In this document: one piece after another, positions 21,542 through 31,278 of the stretch
Position numbering within the stretch: the first letter of the stretch is position 1
How the letters are laid out: every line of letters begins with the position of its first letter
IMG/VR virus record: IMGVR_UViG_3300032224_000903
Coordinates: 25,744-89,743 of that record
Strand: one strand, 5' to 3'
Source of the DNA: a virus
Taxonomy: Duplodnaviria; Caudoviricetes
Length of the DNA stretch: 64,000 nt
The notes under the pieces: model-generated
What the model was told of the DNA's origin: nothing
The model's input: only the letters and a program-made list of their open reading frames with translations
Databases searched by the model: none
Made by a program: the position numbers and the translations under genes

Positions 21542-21781
21542 ATGTATATAAGAGAATTTTATTATAATGACGATAACAGAATGTTATACGTTGAATTTTC
21601 CACCGATAATGATGGAGACGATACCTATAGGGTATTGGAATTAACTGTTGAGGACGTCATGTATTACTCTCCTGGTATCATCCATGAAAATGATATGTAT
21701 GACATAGAGGAAAATGATGTAATTGACATGATCAATCAATATTCAACCGAAAATGACTTACCCGAAGAATCAATTTTGTAA
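21542..21781 (+). CDS. Acidic hypothetical protein
   Basis: ATG ORF of 79 aa. Confidence 0.65.
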   Translation: MYIREFYYNDDNRMLYVEFSTDNDGDDTYRVLELTVEDVMYYSPGIIHENDMYDIEENDVIDMINQYSTENDLPEESIL

Positions 21782-21793
21782 TATTTATATAAT

Positions 21794-22165
21794 ATGAGTT
21801 TTTTAACTGACGAGAAAAAGGAGATATTAGACAAGTTTGTCCTATTTGTAAAGGAACAATTGGAACTTAAAACTGTTCCTACTGTTAAGATACAAAACAA
21901 TAGAGACGGTCTAAAAACGACCGCAAACTACGACTACACCAAAGAAAACAAGATTATTAAGGTATGTGCTAAGAACCGAGCATTAGTGGATGTATGTAGA
22001 AGTATTGCTCATGAGATGGTTCACCACAAACAATTTGAACAAGGACGTCTTAAAGTTCAACCACCCGATATTGGAGGTGAAATAGAGGATGAGGCTAACG
22101 CTAAGGCGGGTCAGTTTATCAAAATGTACTCCAAAGAAGATCCAAATATTTACAACGAAGATTAA
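21794..22165 (+). CDS. HExxH metallopeptidase-like protein (IrrE/ImmA-like)
   Basis: RSIAHEMVHHKQ...IEDEANAKAG. Confidence 0.7.
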   Translation: MSFLTDEKKEILDKFVLFVKEQLELKTVPTVKIQNNRDGLKTTANYDYTKENKIIKVCAKNRALVDVCRSIAHEMVHHKQFEQGRLKVQPPDIGGEIEDEANAKAGQFIKMYSKEDPNIYNED

Positions 22166-22247
22166 AATCTTTCTTTTTAACCCAAAAAAGGGTATTTTTC
22201 CCTATACCAATATCGTATTCAAAAGTTTTATTGGATATTTATAGACT

Positions 22248-24272
22248 ATGAAGTTGGGCTTAACCGAAAAACAATATAATCATTTACTTACTTTAATATC
22301 TGAAACGGAATTAGAGGAACAATCCGAACCTCCTGCTGCTGAACCTGAAAAGGGTACATCGGATAAACAGGCGGGTGGTCAAGGTTATCCTGAGGTTGGT
22401 AAATGGGAAAGTGGCGTAACAAGGGGTCCAGGCAATCAAGTAGGTATAACTAAATGGTCTGATGTTGTTGGTTCTAAATTGACAAGAAGTAAAGGTAATC
22501 AATTGAAAGAACAGTCTACACCGAATTTAATTCCGATTGGTGATAATTACAATAAGTTATTTAAAGGTAAAGAAAAACCAACACCTCCAATTCCGGCAAT
22601 TGAAAAATATCCAAATAATCAACAAATGGATAAAAATGGTAATATAACCTACCCATATGAGAAAAAAAATATGGAGGGTAATTATCTTTATTGGTATTAT
22701 AAAAGTCCCATAAAATCAATCGCAGATGTTGGCTTCCAAGATAAACTTAATATAAAATATAGACAAGATTTAAATAGTTGGATGATATCCAATATGAACA
22801 TGACATTGGAAGATTGGGAAAGATATCACGGTAGAAAAAGTAAAAGTGGTAAAAATGTACCTAAAGGGTTTAATCCAGATTTATATGATGAATATCTTTC
22901 TAAAGAACAAGATTTAAGAAAAAGAGCTACAGATATGTTAAAAAAAACCATATCTGGAGACCCTAAAGATAAACAAAAATATGATAATATAATTAAACAA
23001 TTAGATAATTTAAAAAAAGAATATAGTAATTCTGAATTTAGTTATGGTATAACTAAAGACGAACTAAATCAATATAACGAAAAGAAAAAGTTAATTGACG
23101 ATTATTATGGTAATATGTTAAAATCTATTGGTGGTGGAAATAATTCACAATCTATATTAGAACCAATAAAAAAAGATAATACATACATTCCTAAAAATAT
23201 TAATATACCAAATCAAATCGACACATCAAATCAATATAATTTAATTAAAAAAGAATGGTCTGAACAACTAAAAACTTTAGACCTTTTATTTGGTAAAGAT
23301 AATTGGACAAAAGATGTCAGTATTTTGGGTCAAGAATTTGATAGAATTTGGGATAAGTGGGGATCAGTAATACAAATCATTGGTAATATTGCAATAATAG
23401 CAGTTTCAGGTGGTATTGCTGGAGTGGTTGAGGGTGCCGCTGGTGCGATTGGATTTACGGTGTCGTCAGGAGCACTTAGAGCTGCGGCACCTTATGTTGC
23501 TGATTCTGTATTTAATACGTTAATTGGTACTTATGAATCATCAAGAGGTAAAAATGAAGAGGCTTTAATTTCTTTCCTATGTGCAATGGTTCCATATGTA
23601 ACTTATGGTAAAAATATTGGTAAGGTATCTATTGAAACTGCGGAAGGGTTATCTAAAAAAATTATATTAAATAAATTTGATACAAAAGAAAGTATGGATC
23701 GATTTATTAAGTCATTAACTCCAGAGGAAAGATATATTTTCAGAGAAACAATGTCATTACCTAAAGAAACAATAAAAACAAACTTTGATTTAGCGGTTAA
23801 ACAGATAGGTAAAACCATAAAAGGTGCGGGTTTAAAAATACCTAAAGCTGGAATATCAATTTGGGGTCCGTTATTATCAAAACAACTTAGTGTTGAAGGT
23901 GGAATACCGGTTTCTGCTGCCATTATAAATGCTCTTTTTAAATTTATACAAAATAATGAAATGATAAATTTAAGTTCAGATGATTTAATTAAAACTAGAC
24001 AATATCTTGATGGTAAATTAAAAAATTCATCTCCACCTACCACCATGATGATATCAGATAAAATTGTTGAAGGTATGGGAAATGGGTCGATTAAAACTTT
24101 CTTTGATGTAAAAAACGTAGTAAATGAAATGATATATAATGAACCAACAGATGAAGATATTGATTATCTTAATAAGAAATATGGAAAATATGGTTTAAAT
24201 TTATCAAAATATAAAAAAACTAAAAAAGTAAACCCTATTAGCTCTTTTAGTGGGTTAAAATTAAACAACTAA
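22248..24272 (+). CDS. Large hypothetical phage protein with a Gly/Ala-rich hydrophobic segment
   Basis: 674 aa; IIGNIAIIAVSGGIAGVVEGAAGAIG segment; N-terminal LTEKQ motif. Confidence 0.75.
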   Translation: MKLGLTEKQYNHLLTLISETELEEQSEPPAAEPEKGTSDKQAGGQGYPEVGKWESGVTRGPGNQVGITKWSDVVGSKLTRSKGNQLKEQSTPNLIPIGDNYNKLFKGKEKPTPPIPAIEKYPNNQQMDKNGNITYPYEKKNMEGNYLYWYYKSPIKSIADVGFQDKLNIKYRQDLNSWMISNMNMTLEDWERYHGRKSKSGKNVPKGFNPDLYDEYLSKEQDLRKRATDMLKKTISGDPKDKQKYDNIIKQLDNLKKEYSNSEFSYGITKDELNQYNEKKKLIDDYYGNMLKSIGGGNNSQSILEPIKKDNTYIPKNINIPNQIDTSNQYNLIKKEWSEQLKTLDLLFGKDNWTKDVSILGQEFDRIWDKWGSVIQIIGNIAIIAVSGGIAGVVEGAAGAIGFTVSSGALRAAAPYVADSVFNTLIGTYESSRGKNEEALISFLCAMVPYVTYGKNIGKVSIETAEGLSKKIILNKFDTKESMDRFIKSLTPEERYIFRETMSLPKETIKTNFDLAVKQIGKTIKGAGLKIPKAGISIWGPLLSKQLSVEGGIPVSAAIINALFKFIQNNEMINLSSDDLIKTRQYLDGKLKNSSPPTTMMISDKIVEGMGNGSIKTFFDVKNVVNEMIYNEPTDEDIDYLNKKYGKYGLNLSKYKKTKKVNPISSFSGLKLNN

Positions 24273-24304
24273 AATAACTATTTATATAAAATATACAATT
24301 GTAG

Positions 24305-26014
24305 ATGATGAAAAAAATATTAATTAATGAGATAAATAGACAGTTAAAGTTGATGGGAGTTAATAAAATCTTGTCTGAAGGCGTTATAACCAATTGGGCT
24401 AGAGATTTTTTTCAAGCATCTAAGGTTGGTGTTGGGGTTAATAAAAGAAACGATCTTATAAAATTATTTGATGAATCTATTAAAGAGGTTCCAATTGGTG
24501 GTTTTAAAACTTTTGAGGATTTAGAAAAGAATTTAGATATTTTTTTTAGAACTGGTAGATCGAACATTGCGGAAAGTGATTATACTAAATTAGCATTAAA
24601 AATGCTTGAGAAACTTTCTAAAGAGACCACAAATTATAAACAAATATCTGAAATAATGTTAAATGCTTATAGAGGTGTTAATGGAATTGTTGCTGGAACA
24701 CCAAGTGGTGATTTAGTTGAAAAGATGATTAGTTTATCAAAAACCGCCGGTAAATCTCCAGATGATTTAAAAGTGTTTAATCAACTATCACAAGACCTAA
24801 TATCAAGAAGAATTGTTGATCCGTCAATCCCTAATTTAATAAAAAATATATATTATAACGCAATAATTCCAAATGATGTTATAAAAACAATAGATGGATT
24901 TGTTACATATCTAAAAGGTTTACCTGGTATAAAACAAATATATGAAATAAACGCAAAAAAAGAAATGGACCGACTTGGTATGCAATCAACGTTTGACCAA
25001 ATTGAATCAATTTTAAGACAATTTGATGATTCTCTTATTGAGGGTAATAATATTAATTTTGATGAAGTATCAGCAAGAAATACGTTGTCTAAACTATCTG
25101 AAAAAGTTTCTTACGGTAAAAAAGATATCTTAAGATTTCTTTGGTTAGATGTTAAAAAAAGATTACCTCAAACCACAATATTACAACTTGAAGATGCAAA
25201 CGGTGTATTAAATTATAATAATCTTAATGAATGGTTTACATATTTTGAAAAGGCATCTGGAAGTGAAGGAATAAAAAAACCTAATGAATATATTGGTAGA
25301 TTAAAGGCATTAATTAGAATATTTAACGATCCGGTACATTACAAAGATGTAAAAACATTTGGTAAAATAAAATTAGGATCTGAAAGAATTATTAAAGAAT
25401 ATTTTACAGGGTCCGCTAGATTAAAAGACGAAATTGCACAAATTGAGAAGGTAATGGGTAAGAAGGGAAAATTAGGTTATAATATTGGTGAGAGATTAGT
25501 TGCGTATGTTTTTTATTATCCACTTGTTGGGGCTTTTTTACAAACAATAGGCGATTACCTTGAAAACACAGGATCGGTAACAAATGATGGTAAAGGATAT
25601 AATATATTGGGGATTGGTGAGGTGGGAAAAGATTGGAGTATTTTACATGGAGAGACATGGATTACTCCAGGAAAAAGAACAGGGTCTAATCTTGAAGGAT
25701 TATGGAACTCATTTGCAATAAACTCAAAAGAATTTTTATATCCATTTAATGCAAGTTTTCAACAAATAAGTGTGATATCACCAGCACTTGCTGACCTTAT
25801 TAATAAATTTGCAACAAACTTAGCCGGAGATAAAATAAATCCTGAAGAATTGGATAAAACTAAAAAGGCTATTATTGTAGAACAAACAGATACTTTACAA
25901 AAAATACAAATTGAAGGTGGAAATAGTTTGGAGATTAAAAATTTTATAGATAGTGTAGGTATGGAGCCATTGAATAAAACAAAAGAAATTTTTAAAATAG
26001 ATACAACACAATAA
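24305..26014 (+). CDS. Large hypothetical phage protein
   Basis: 569 aa; N-terminal KKILINEINRQLKLMG; hydrophobic LVAYVFYYPLVGAFL. Confidence 0.75.
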   Translation: MMKKILINEINRQLKLMGVNKILSEGVITNWARDFFQASKVGVGVNKRNDLIKLFDESIKEVPIGGFKTFEDLEKNLDIFFRTGRSNIAESDYTKLALKMLEKLSKETTNYKQISEIMLNAYRGVNGIVAGTPSGDLVEKMISLSKTAGKSPDDLKVFNQLSQDLISRRIVDPSIPNLIKNIYYNAIIPNDVIKTIDGFVTYLKGLPGIKQIYEINAKKEMDRLGMQSTFDQIESILRQFDDSLIEGNNINFDEVSARNTLSKLSEKVSYGKKDILRFLWLDVKKRLPQTTILQLEDANGVLNYNNLNEWFTYFEKASGSEGIKKPNEYIGRLKALIRIFNDPVHYKDVKTFGKIKLGSERIIKEYFTGSARLKDEIAQIEKVMGKKGKLGYNIGERLVAYVFYYPLVGAFLQTIGDYLENTGSVTNDGKGYNILGIGEVGKDWSILHGETWITPGKRTGSNLEGLWNSFAINSKEFLYPFNASFQQISVISPALADLINKFATNLAGDKINPEELDKTKKAIIVEQTDTLQKIQIEGGNSLEIKNFIDSVGMEPLNKTKEIFKIDTTQ

Positions 26015-26023
26015 ATTTAACTA

Positions 26024-27142
26024 ATGGCAAAGAATACAGGAGAAGAAAGAAGAATATTTTTATTTAAAAATTTTGGTAAATACATCAAAGTTAATTATAA
26101 AAATAAACCAACTAGTTTGGTTGATTTAAATTTAGGAGAAGAAGCCCCGAAAGGAGCTGGTTGGAATAAATTTATTGAAATGTATTTTAGTGATGAAAAT
26201 GGAGTATTAGATTTTTTTAAAGATATAAAAAAACTTTACGGTCTATTCAGTGGTCAAAACCAAACAACTTTACAAAGTTTAGTACCAAAAGTTAATTTAC
26301 AACAGAACGACCCAACCAATTTGTTTATTTTCTATGCTTGTGATATGCCGTGGGCACAAAATATCGGGTATTGTACTGGAAAACCAAATATAGACGACAA
26401 AGTTGGTGATTATACCACAGATAATACTTTAATTAAAAAGATAAAAATATCAAAAGGACCCGATAATATAGACTCAACTAAAGAAAGTCTATACATTAAT
26501 TCACCTTATTTTGAAAAATTACCCAAATTAGGTAATTATAATTTATCCGATTATGCGGTTTCTAAATTAACACAGTCAGCAACTGATTCTCCAATTTTTA
26601 CGTTATCGAACCAATCAGGAGAGTCTCTTCCAAACGCCACTATTACATTTGACAATACGGGATTTACATTTCAATTTTTAACATTTAAAATAATAGCAAC
26701 TAAGATTAAATCTGAACCAGTTGATACAACTAAAAAAGACAATACTGTAGTAAAAAAAGACGATACTGTTGTAAAAAAAGACGATACTGTTGTAAAAAAA
26801 GATAAAGACGATGAAATACCAGTTGTAAGAACAAAACCGTTGTATTTTGATACAGATAAAGAAGATGATACACCAACTAAAGATTGTGGAGACTTTCCTT
26901 TTACGTTAGGTTGTGTAAACACTAAAATAGGTGATTTAAGTGCTAAATTATTTAGAGGAGATAGAAAAAAAGATGTTTATACTCAAAAATTACAAGACTT
27001 TCTTTACCATACAGGAAATTTTGGATCAGAAAATCCTAATAAAGAATTATCTAAAGATTTATGGAATGATTTAATGAACAGACAAGTAATTAAAGAATCA
27101 GTAAAAAAAGTTTTAAAAGAATATATTAATAAGAAAAAATAA
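26024..27142 (+). CDS. Hypothetical phage protein with internal heptapeptide repeat
   Basis: KKD(N/D)TVV x3; C-terminal VIKESVKKVLKEY. Confidence 0.75.
   Translation: MAKNTGEERRIFLFKNFGKYIKVNYKNKPTSLVDLNLGEEAPKGAGWNKFIEMYFSDENGVLDFFKDIKKLYGLFSGQNQTTLQSLVPKVNLQQNDPTNLFIFYACDMPWAQNIGYCTGKPNIDDKVGDYTTDNTLIKKIKISKGPDNIDSTKESLYINSPYFEKLPKLGNYNLSDYAVSKLTQSATDSPIFTLSNQSGESLPNATITFDNTGFTFQFLTFKIIATKIKSEPVDTTKKDNTVVKKDDTVVKKDDTVVKKDKDDEIPVVRTKPLYFDTDKEDDTPTKDCGDFPFTLGCVNTKIGDLSAKLFRGDRKKDVYTQKLQDFLYHTGNFGSENPNKELSKDLWNDLMNRQVIKESVKKVLKEYINKKK
26732..26803 (+). repeat. 21-bp in-frame tandem repeat (about 3.4 copies)
   Basis: AAAAAAGAC(A/G)ATACTGT(A/T)GTA units. Confidence 0.85.
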
Positions 27143-27154
27143 CATATTTATATT

Positions 27155-27246
27155 CAGAGTTTGGCGGTTTGGTCGCCGTTAAATGATAACTCTGTAAACG
27201 AAAAGGAGGTATTTTAAATCTCGGCAAAGGGTCTTCGGACCTTTTG
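27155..27246 (+). ncRNA. Candidate small structured RNA (sRNA-A)
   Basis: TATTTATA at 27145-27152, then CAGAGTT...AACTCTG enclosing GGCG/CGCC, a GAGGT/ATCTC hairpin, and a cUUCGg terminator; no ORF. Confidence 0.45.
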
Positions 27247-27257
27247 TTGTTTTATAG

Positions 27258-27286
27258 AAAAACCCCTCATTTCTGAAGGGTTTTTT
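27258..27286 (-). terminator. Intrinsic terminator downstream of tmRNA
   Basis: AAAAACCCCT...AGGGTTTTTT hairpin with flanking A/T tracts. Confidence 0.7.
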
Positions 27287-27291
27287 AAGTT

Positions 27292-27689
27292 TGGTGGAGA
27301 CGAAGGGAGTCGAACCCTTGTCCGATCCGCAGCACCATAGATGGACTACACGTTTATTCTATTATTCACAACAGACAAATAGTAAGTTAATATCGGGAAA
27401 CTTACAAGACCGTTCCTGACCGGATTTTCAAGAGCCGCCAAGTTTGCTCCAACACTCTAGGGTTATGTTCCACCGAAAGGACTTCTGTTCCTAGGTTATA
27501 CGTCCATCAACCCGATTTGTAAGTGTGCTATTAGGCTACAGCTACAGTAGAAGTTGCGATTAAACCACAAGCTTCCATAACGTTATAAACGTTGTCTTTT
27601 GTTTTTTACCACCGTGTATTAAAGTCATAGATGATGTCTGACTACGTGCCCATTTACCATACCAACGTCCGTCAAATCCAGGCGTCCCC
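27292..27689 (-). ncRNA. ssrA: tmRNA (transfer-messenger RNA)
   Basis: 5' GGGGACGCCUGGAUUUGAC; 3' T-arm AAGGGUUCGACUCCCUU plus CGUCUCCACCA; 7-bp acceptor stem with G3-U70; internal tag frame ending GUA GCC UAA UAG. Confidence 0.93.
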
Positions 27690-27698
27690 ATAGTAATA

Positions 27699-27706
27699 CA
27701 AATATA
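27699..27706 (-). promoter_or_regulatory. Bacteroidota -7 promoter element for tmRNA
   Basis: TATATTTG on the minus strand, 10 nt upstream of the tmRNA 5' end. Confidence 0.6.
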
Positions 27707-27765
27707 GATAAAAAAGGGTTAAAAAACTAATTTTAACCCTTAATACCAATATGTTAGAAAAAAAA

Positions 27766-27963
27766 TTACTTAGTAGTAGTTTTCTTAGCTTTTGGAGCCT
27801 TGTCAGTTACTTTTTTAACTTTAGCTTTAACTTCTGCAACTTTCTCTTTTACAACTTTAACTTCAGCAACAACCTCAGTTTCTAATTGTTGTAATTCTAC
27901 AGCTTTTTCAGCCATTGTTCCAGCACCTAAAAGTTTCTTAATTAAATCAATAATTTTTTTCAT
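27766..27963 (-). CDS. Small Lys/Val/Glu-rich protein
   Basis: 65 aa, ATG start, upstream TATTTATA motif. Confidence 0.65.
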   Translation of the reverse strand: MKKIIDLIKKLLGAGTMAEKAVELQQLETEVVAEVKVVKEKVAEVKAKVKKVTDKAPKAKKTTTK

Positions 27964-27997
27964 AATTTTTCTTTTTATATAAATATATCAAAAATGA

Positions 27998-28678
27998 CTA
28001 AATTGTCAAGGGTAACCGTTTTTCAAATAACGCCTCAAATAGTAGTTTATTCTTTTCCCATTGTTTATTGGTTATACCTACTGATTTATGAGTGACCCCA
28101 AATTTGGTTGTTAAACCGATCTTAACCCCTTCAAATTGGTTCTCAACACAGAACGAAATATCGTAGAAATGAAACCCTTCAAACTGTTCGTTAAATTCCT
28201 TCTTTATAAGACTTTTACGGACCATAAAGAATAAACCATCCACAATTACAACATCTTTAAGAACGTCGTTAAATACCCCCTTAGAATAGTGATTTACGTG
28301 TCTTTTACCCTCATGGATATGACCAACCACACCAAACATATTTTCACGATTATCCCACCATCTTCCACTCGTTAATTTATCGGTTCCCGCAATTCCAATA
28401 ATTCCATAATCAGCATGTTTTTCAAACAACTTAACAATCTTTGGGGTGATATTTGGTGTCTCCAAAATAAGGTCGTCATGCATGAAAACAACGATGTCAT
28501 TAACACTTTCTTTTAACCCTTTGTTATAGACTTGTGTTAATGACATTTCGCCGTCATTTTCATACATCAATATTTCCGTATTTGGATGGGAAAATATTCT
28601 TTTTACATGATCGTAATATGTTGGATCAATCTTTCTTGTGGATATAACCACACTTACCATTTCATTATTCTTCGACAT
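27998..28678 (-). CDS. GT2-like glycosyltransferase (Glyco_tranf_2_5 type)
   Basis: YNKGL..S..DIVVFMHDD, VDGLFF, FHFYDISFC. Confidence 0.78.
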   Translation of the reverse strand: MSKNNEMVSVVISTRKIDPTYYDHVKRIFSHPNTEILMYENDGEMSLTQVYNKGLKESVNDIVVFMHDDLILETPNITPKIVKLFEKHADYGIIGIAGTDKLTSGRWWDNRENMFGVVGHIHEGKRHVNHYSKGVFNDVLKDVVIVDGLFFMVRKSLIKKEFNEQFEGFHFYDISFCVENQFEGVKIGLTTKFGVTHKSVGITNKQWEKNKLLFEALFEKRLPLTI

Positions 28679-29414
28679 ATAGTACTTGTATTTTATGATT
28701 GATTTCGACTAAATCAATAACAATCGGTTTATTAATTGGTTCATAGGCGGCGGTACAGATTGATGCATTTACAAATGCGGTTTTTTTACCATACTCAATT
28801 CCATAACCTTCATGAATGTGACCAAACACATTTACCAATGGGTTTATTTCACCAATTCTGTTTATTAAACATTCACACCCAACATGTGTATTAGGTTGTC
28901 TCCAATTATTAACTAAATCTCCATATCCATTTGGTGGACTATGTGTTATTAAAACATCTGTGTCCTCAGGTATACGGTTCCACTTCTCTTGTAATTCAAT
29001 ACCTAATCTTGGTAAGTTAAATGCCCAATCATAGAACCAAGGTTGCCAAGGACTACCATAAAATTTGATAGGTCTTGAGAACTCGGGAGTTTCAATCGTA
29101 ATAAAATCGTCCTCCAAATAAGTTACATTAGATTGAGATAAATTATTGGGAGACATTAAATGACTTAACCATTCGTAATCTTTTCTGTGATGAGGTAAAT
29201 TTATTCTTTCAAAACAATGGTCGTGATTACCAGATATGAATATTTTTTGATCCCATCCACCTAAGTTTTTAAACCATTGAATAAAATCGGTAACGTCTCT
29301 TTCTCCACCTCTATTTGAAATATCACCCGCGTGAATTAACACATCACCCTTTGGTAAAGGATGCTCCATCTCATGATGAAGGCTGTGGGTATCTGAAATA
29401 CATACTAATCTCAT
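28665..29414 (-). CDS. Calcineurin-like metallophosphoesterase (MPPED/239FB type)
   Basis: ISDTH, HAGD, GNHD, ITHSPP, FGHIHE. Confidence 0.92.
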   Translation of the reverse strand: MRLVCISDTHSLHHEMEHPLPKGDVLIHAGDISNRGGERDVTDFIQWFKNLGGWDQKIFISGNHDHCFERINLPHHRKDYEWLSHLMSPNNLSQSNVTYLEDDFITIETPEFSRPIKFYGSPWQPWFYDWAFNLPRLGIELQEKWNRIPEDTDVLITHSPPNGYGDLVNNWRQPNTHVGCECLINRIGEINPLVNVFGHIHEGYGIEYGKKTAFVNASICTAAYEPINKPIVIDLVEINHKIQVLYVEE

Positions 29415-29418
29415 ACCA

Positions 29419-29450
29419 CAAATATAGGTATTTTTTTGGAATATACCAAA
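29419..29450 (-). promoter_or_regulatory. Bacteroidota housekeeping-sigma promoter
   Basis: TTTG-N20-TATATTTG upstream of start 29414. Confidence 0.65.
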
Positions 29451-30056
29451 TTATACTTCAAAAACTAAATTAACTCGTAATTTATCTGAATCGTTGATAA
29501 AAGAATGTATCGTGTTTCCAAATGTATATATGGAATTAGAATCTAAATTACAAATACGACAAGATTCGTCATATTGTAAAAAGTAATTATTAAACTCATC
29601 TATATTATCTTTTAATTCAATATGTTTTTGATTAATAATATCTTCAGTATTGTCAAACATTATAAAATCAGAATATGCCTCATAACTAAAAAATCTGTCA
29701 TGATTATTAAATGAAACTAAATGTCTATTTTTACCATGATCTCTATGAAAGTGAACATACGTTTTCGGTGGATACGTCATCAACCACATCATTTTAATAT
29801 TATAAATTGATTTTAGATATTCAATAGATTCTTTTATCGAATTGGTAATTAATTGGTTATTTAAAGATCCAATTGGAGTCCTTTCAATGTCTATAACAAC
29901 TTCTTTATCTTTTGGAGATATTCCATCGTAGTAAACAAAATCATTATTAATTCCTTTAGGTAATTCGTGAGAATAAAAATTAAAAGATTCAAAAAAGTCT
30001 TTTAATAAATTAAAACTTGGGTGATTGATTGTTAGTTCTTTTTTAATAATATCCAT
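29451..30056 (-). CDS. Cupin/2OG-Fe(II) oxygenase-like protein (Asp/Asn beta-hydroxylase-like)
   Basis: YPPKTYVHFHRD (HxD), IHSFIN, RVNLVFE. Confidence 0.6.
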   Translation of the reverse strand: MDIIKKELTINHPSFNLLKDFFESFNFYSHELPKGINNDFVYYDGISPKDKEVVIDIERTPIGSLNNQLITNSIKESIEYLKSIYNIKMMWLMTYPPKTYVHFHRDHGKNRHLVSFNNHDRFFSYEAYSDFIMFDNTEDIINQKHIELKDNIDEFNNYFLQYDESCRICNLDSNSIYTFGNTIHSFINDSDKLRVNLVFEV

Positions 30057-30072
30057 ATTAATAAATAGTCAT

Positions 30073-30098
30073 AAAAAAAGTCAGAATTTCTTCTGACT
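30073..30098 (-). terminator. Intrinsic terminator ending the giant ncRNA candidate
   Basis: Minus strand AGTCAGAA-GAAA-TTCTGACT followed by T7. Confidence 0.8.
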
Positions 30099-30109
30099 AA
30101 TCTTGTATA

Positions 30110-30979
30110 GGCCGTATGGTTTTACATACATTCACCACCACTTTGTTTTTCTAAACAAAGAAAATAAAACTCTGAGAATACAAGTTTTAACAATCGACTT
30201 AGGAACATTATTTGTTTCTTTCCCTTTCCACGAACTTTTGATTCGTACCGATCAATGACGGTCAATTAGATTAACCAATCCTAAAGTCATCAGATACTCT
30301 TTTATTACTTATTACTCAACAAATCTGCCGACCTGTTTCAACCTTGCGGGTTTAGAGAACTTTCTTAAAAATCATATTGGGATTGAGTCCCTTTATGGCC
30401 GTGAACCTCTCACGACTAAGTAGTCACCTGTCTCCAATGACTGACGAACACTTTTTCTTTTTATGTATGATTTTTATACCAAAATAAAAATTTAGTTTTC
30501 CGAATTGGGAAAGTAGTGGTTCGTCACCTAGCCAAGTCATCTTTTGAACGACTCGATACTAAACTACTCTCTGAAGTGTCCCCACCTCCATATTTTTGGT
30601 TTCCTTCGAGATTAAACCCTTGGTAGGATTTAGTCAAGGACACTAACAGCACCACCTGTTTTTTGTCATACCTTCCATCTTACGACGCTACGGTTTTAAG
30701 ACCACCATTGTATTGAATCACGCAATTGTATAATCGGATAACTATACTTCTCACAAACTAATTCTATGGATTATTCTTATTGGTGTTCCCACCTCAACCA
30801 AACAACTCGGATTGCTTGGTCATCTAACCATTTCGCTACGGAGTTACCCTCACTACTTCAGGTCAAACGATATTCCACTTGTCTACTCGAGATCCATTAC
30901 TGAATCCGCAATTTGTCCCAACCAAGGACTCCTCACTTTATCCCACTTTCATGGTTTATTTTATTGACTATAGACGGCC
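30110..30979 (-). ncRNA. Candidate giant structured ncRNA (GOLLD size class)
   Basis: About 870 nt with no credible ORF, between a promoter and a terminator. The ends pair (GGCCGU/ACGGCC) and there are many hairpins including GNRA loops. Confidence 0.7.
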
Positions 30980-31030
30980 AATATTTTTATTCAAAGAACA
31001 TTATCTTTTGGATTATTCACCCTTCTTTTA

Positions 31031-31062
31031 CAAAGATAAGAAATGTTTTCTAATATTCCAAA
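31031..31062 (-). promoter_or_regulatory. Bacteroidota promoter driving the giant ncRNA candidate
   Basis: TTTG-N20-TATCTTTG on the minus strand; no ORF downstream for about 1 kb. Confidence 0.7.
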
Positions 31063-31278
31063 TTATTTTGAAACTTTTTTAGATTTTTTTTCTTTTTTAA
31101 TTTCATATGATCCACCTTGATCGTGACCAACTTCAACATTCTCTTTTGGTGATTCAGTTATAATACCTTTCCATTCTGTTTTAGTTGTGTATTTCCATGT
31201 TGTACCGGCCATTTGGTAAGCTTGTTTTTCATCAACTCTAATAATATTTCCTGTTTTAGTATTTTTTAAACACTTCAT
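31063..31278 (-). CDS. Small hypothetical protein
   Basis: ATG ORF of 71 aa, MKCLKNTKTGNIIRV. Confidence 0.65.
   Translation of the reverse strand: MKCLKNTKTGNIIRVDEKQAYQMAGTTWKYTTKTEWKGIITESPKENVEVGHDQGGSYEIKKEKKSKKVSK

Noticed and set aside
30110-30979. Group I or group II intron, or RNase P RNA
   Set aside because: It does not interrupt a gene, and I found no group II domain V, group I P7 core or RNase P P4 consensus.
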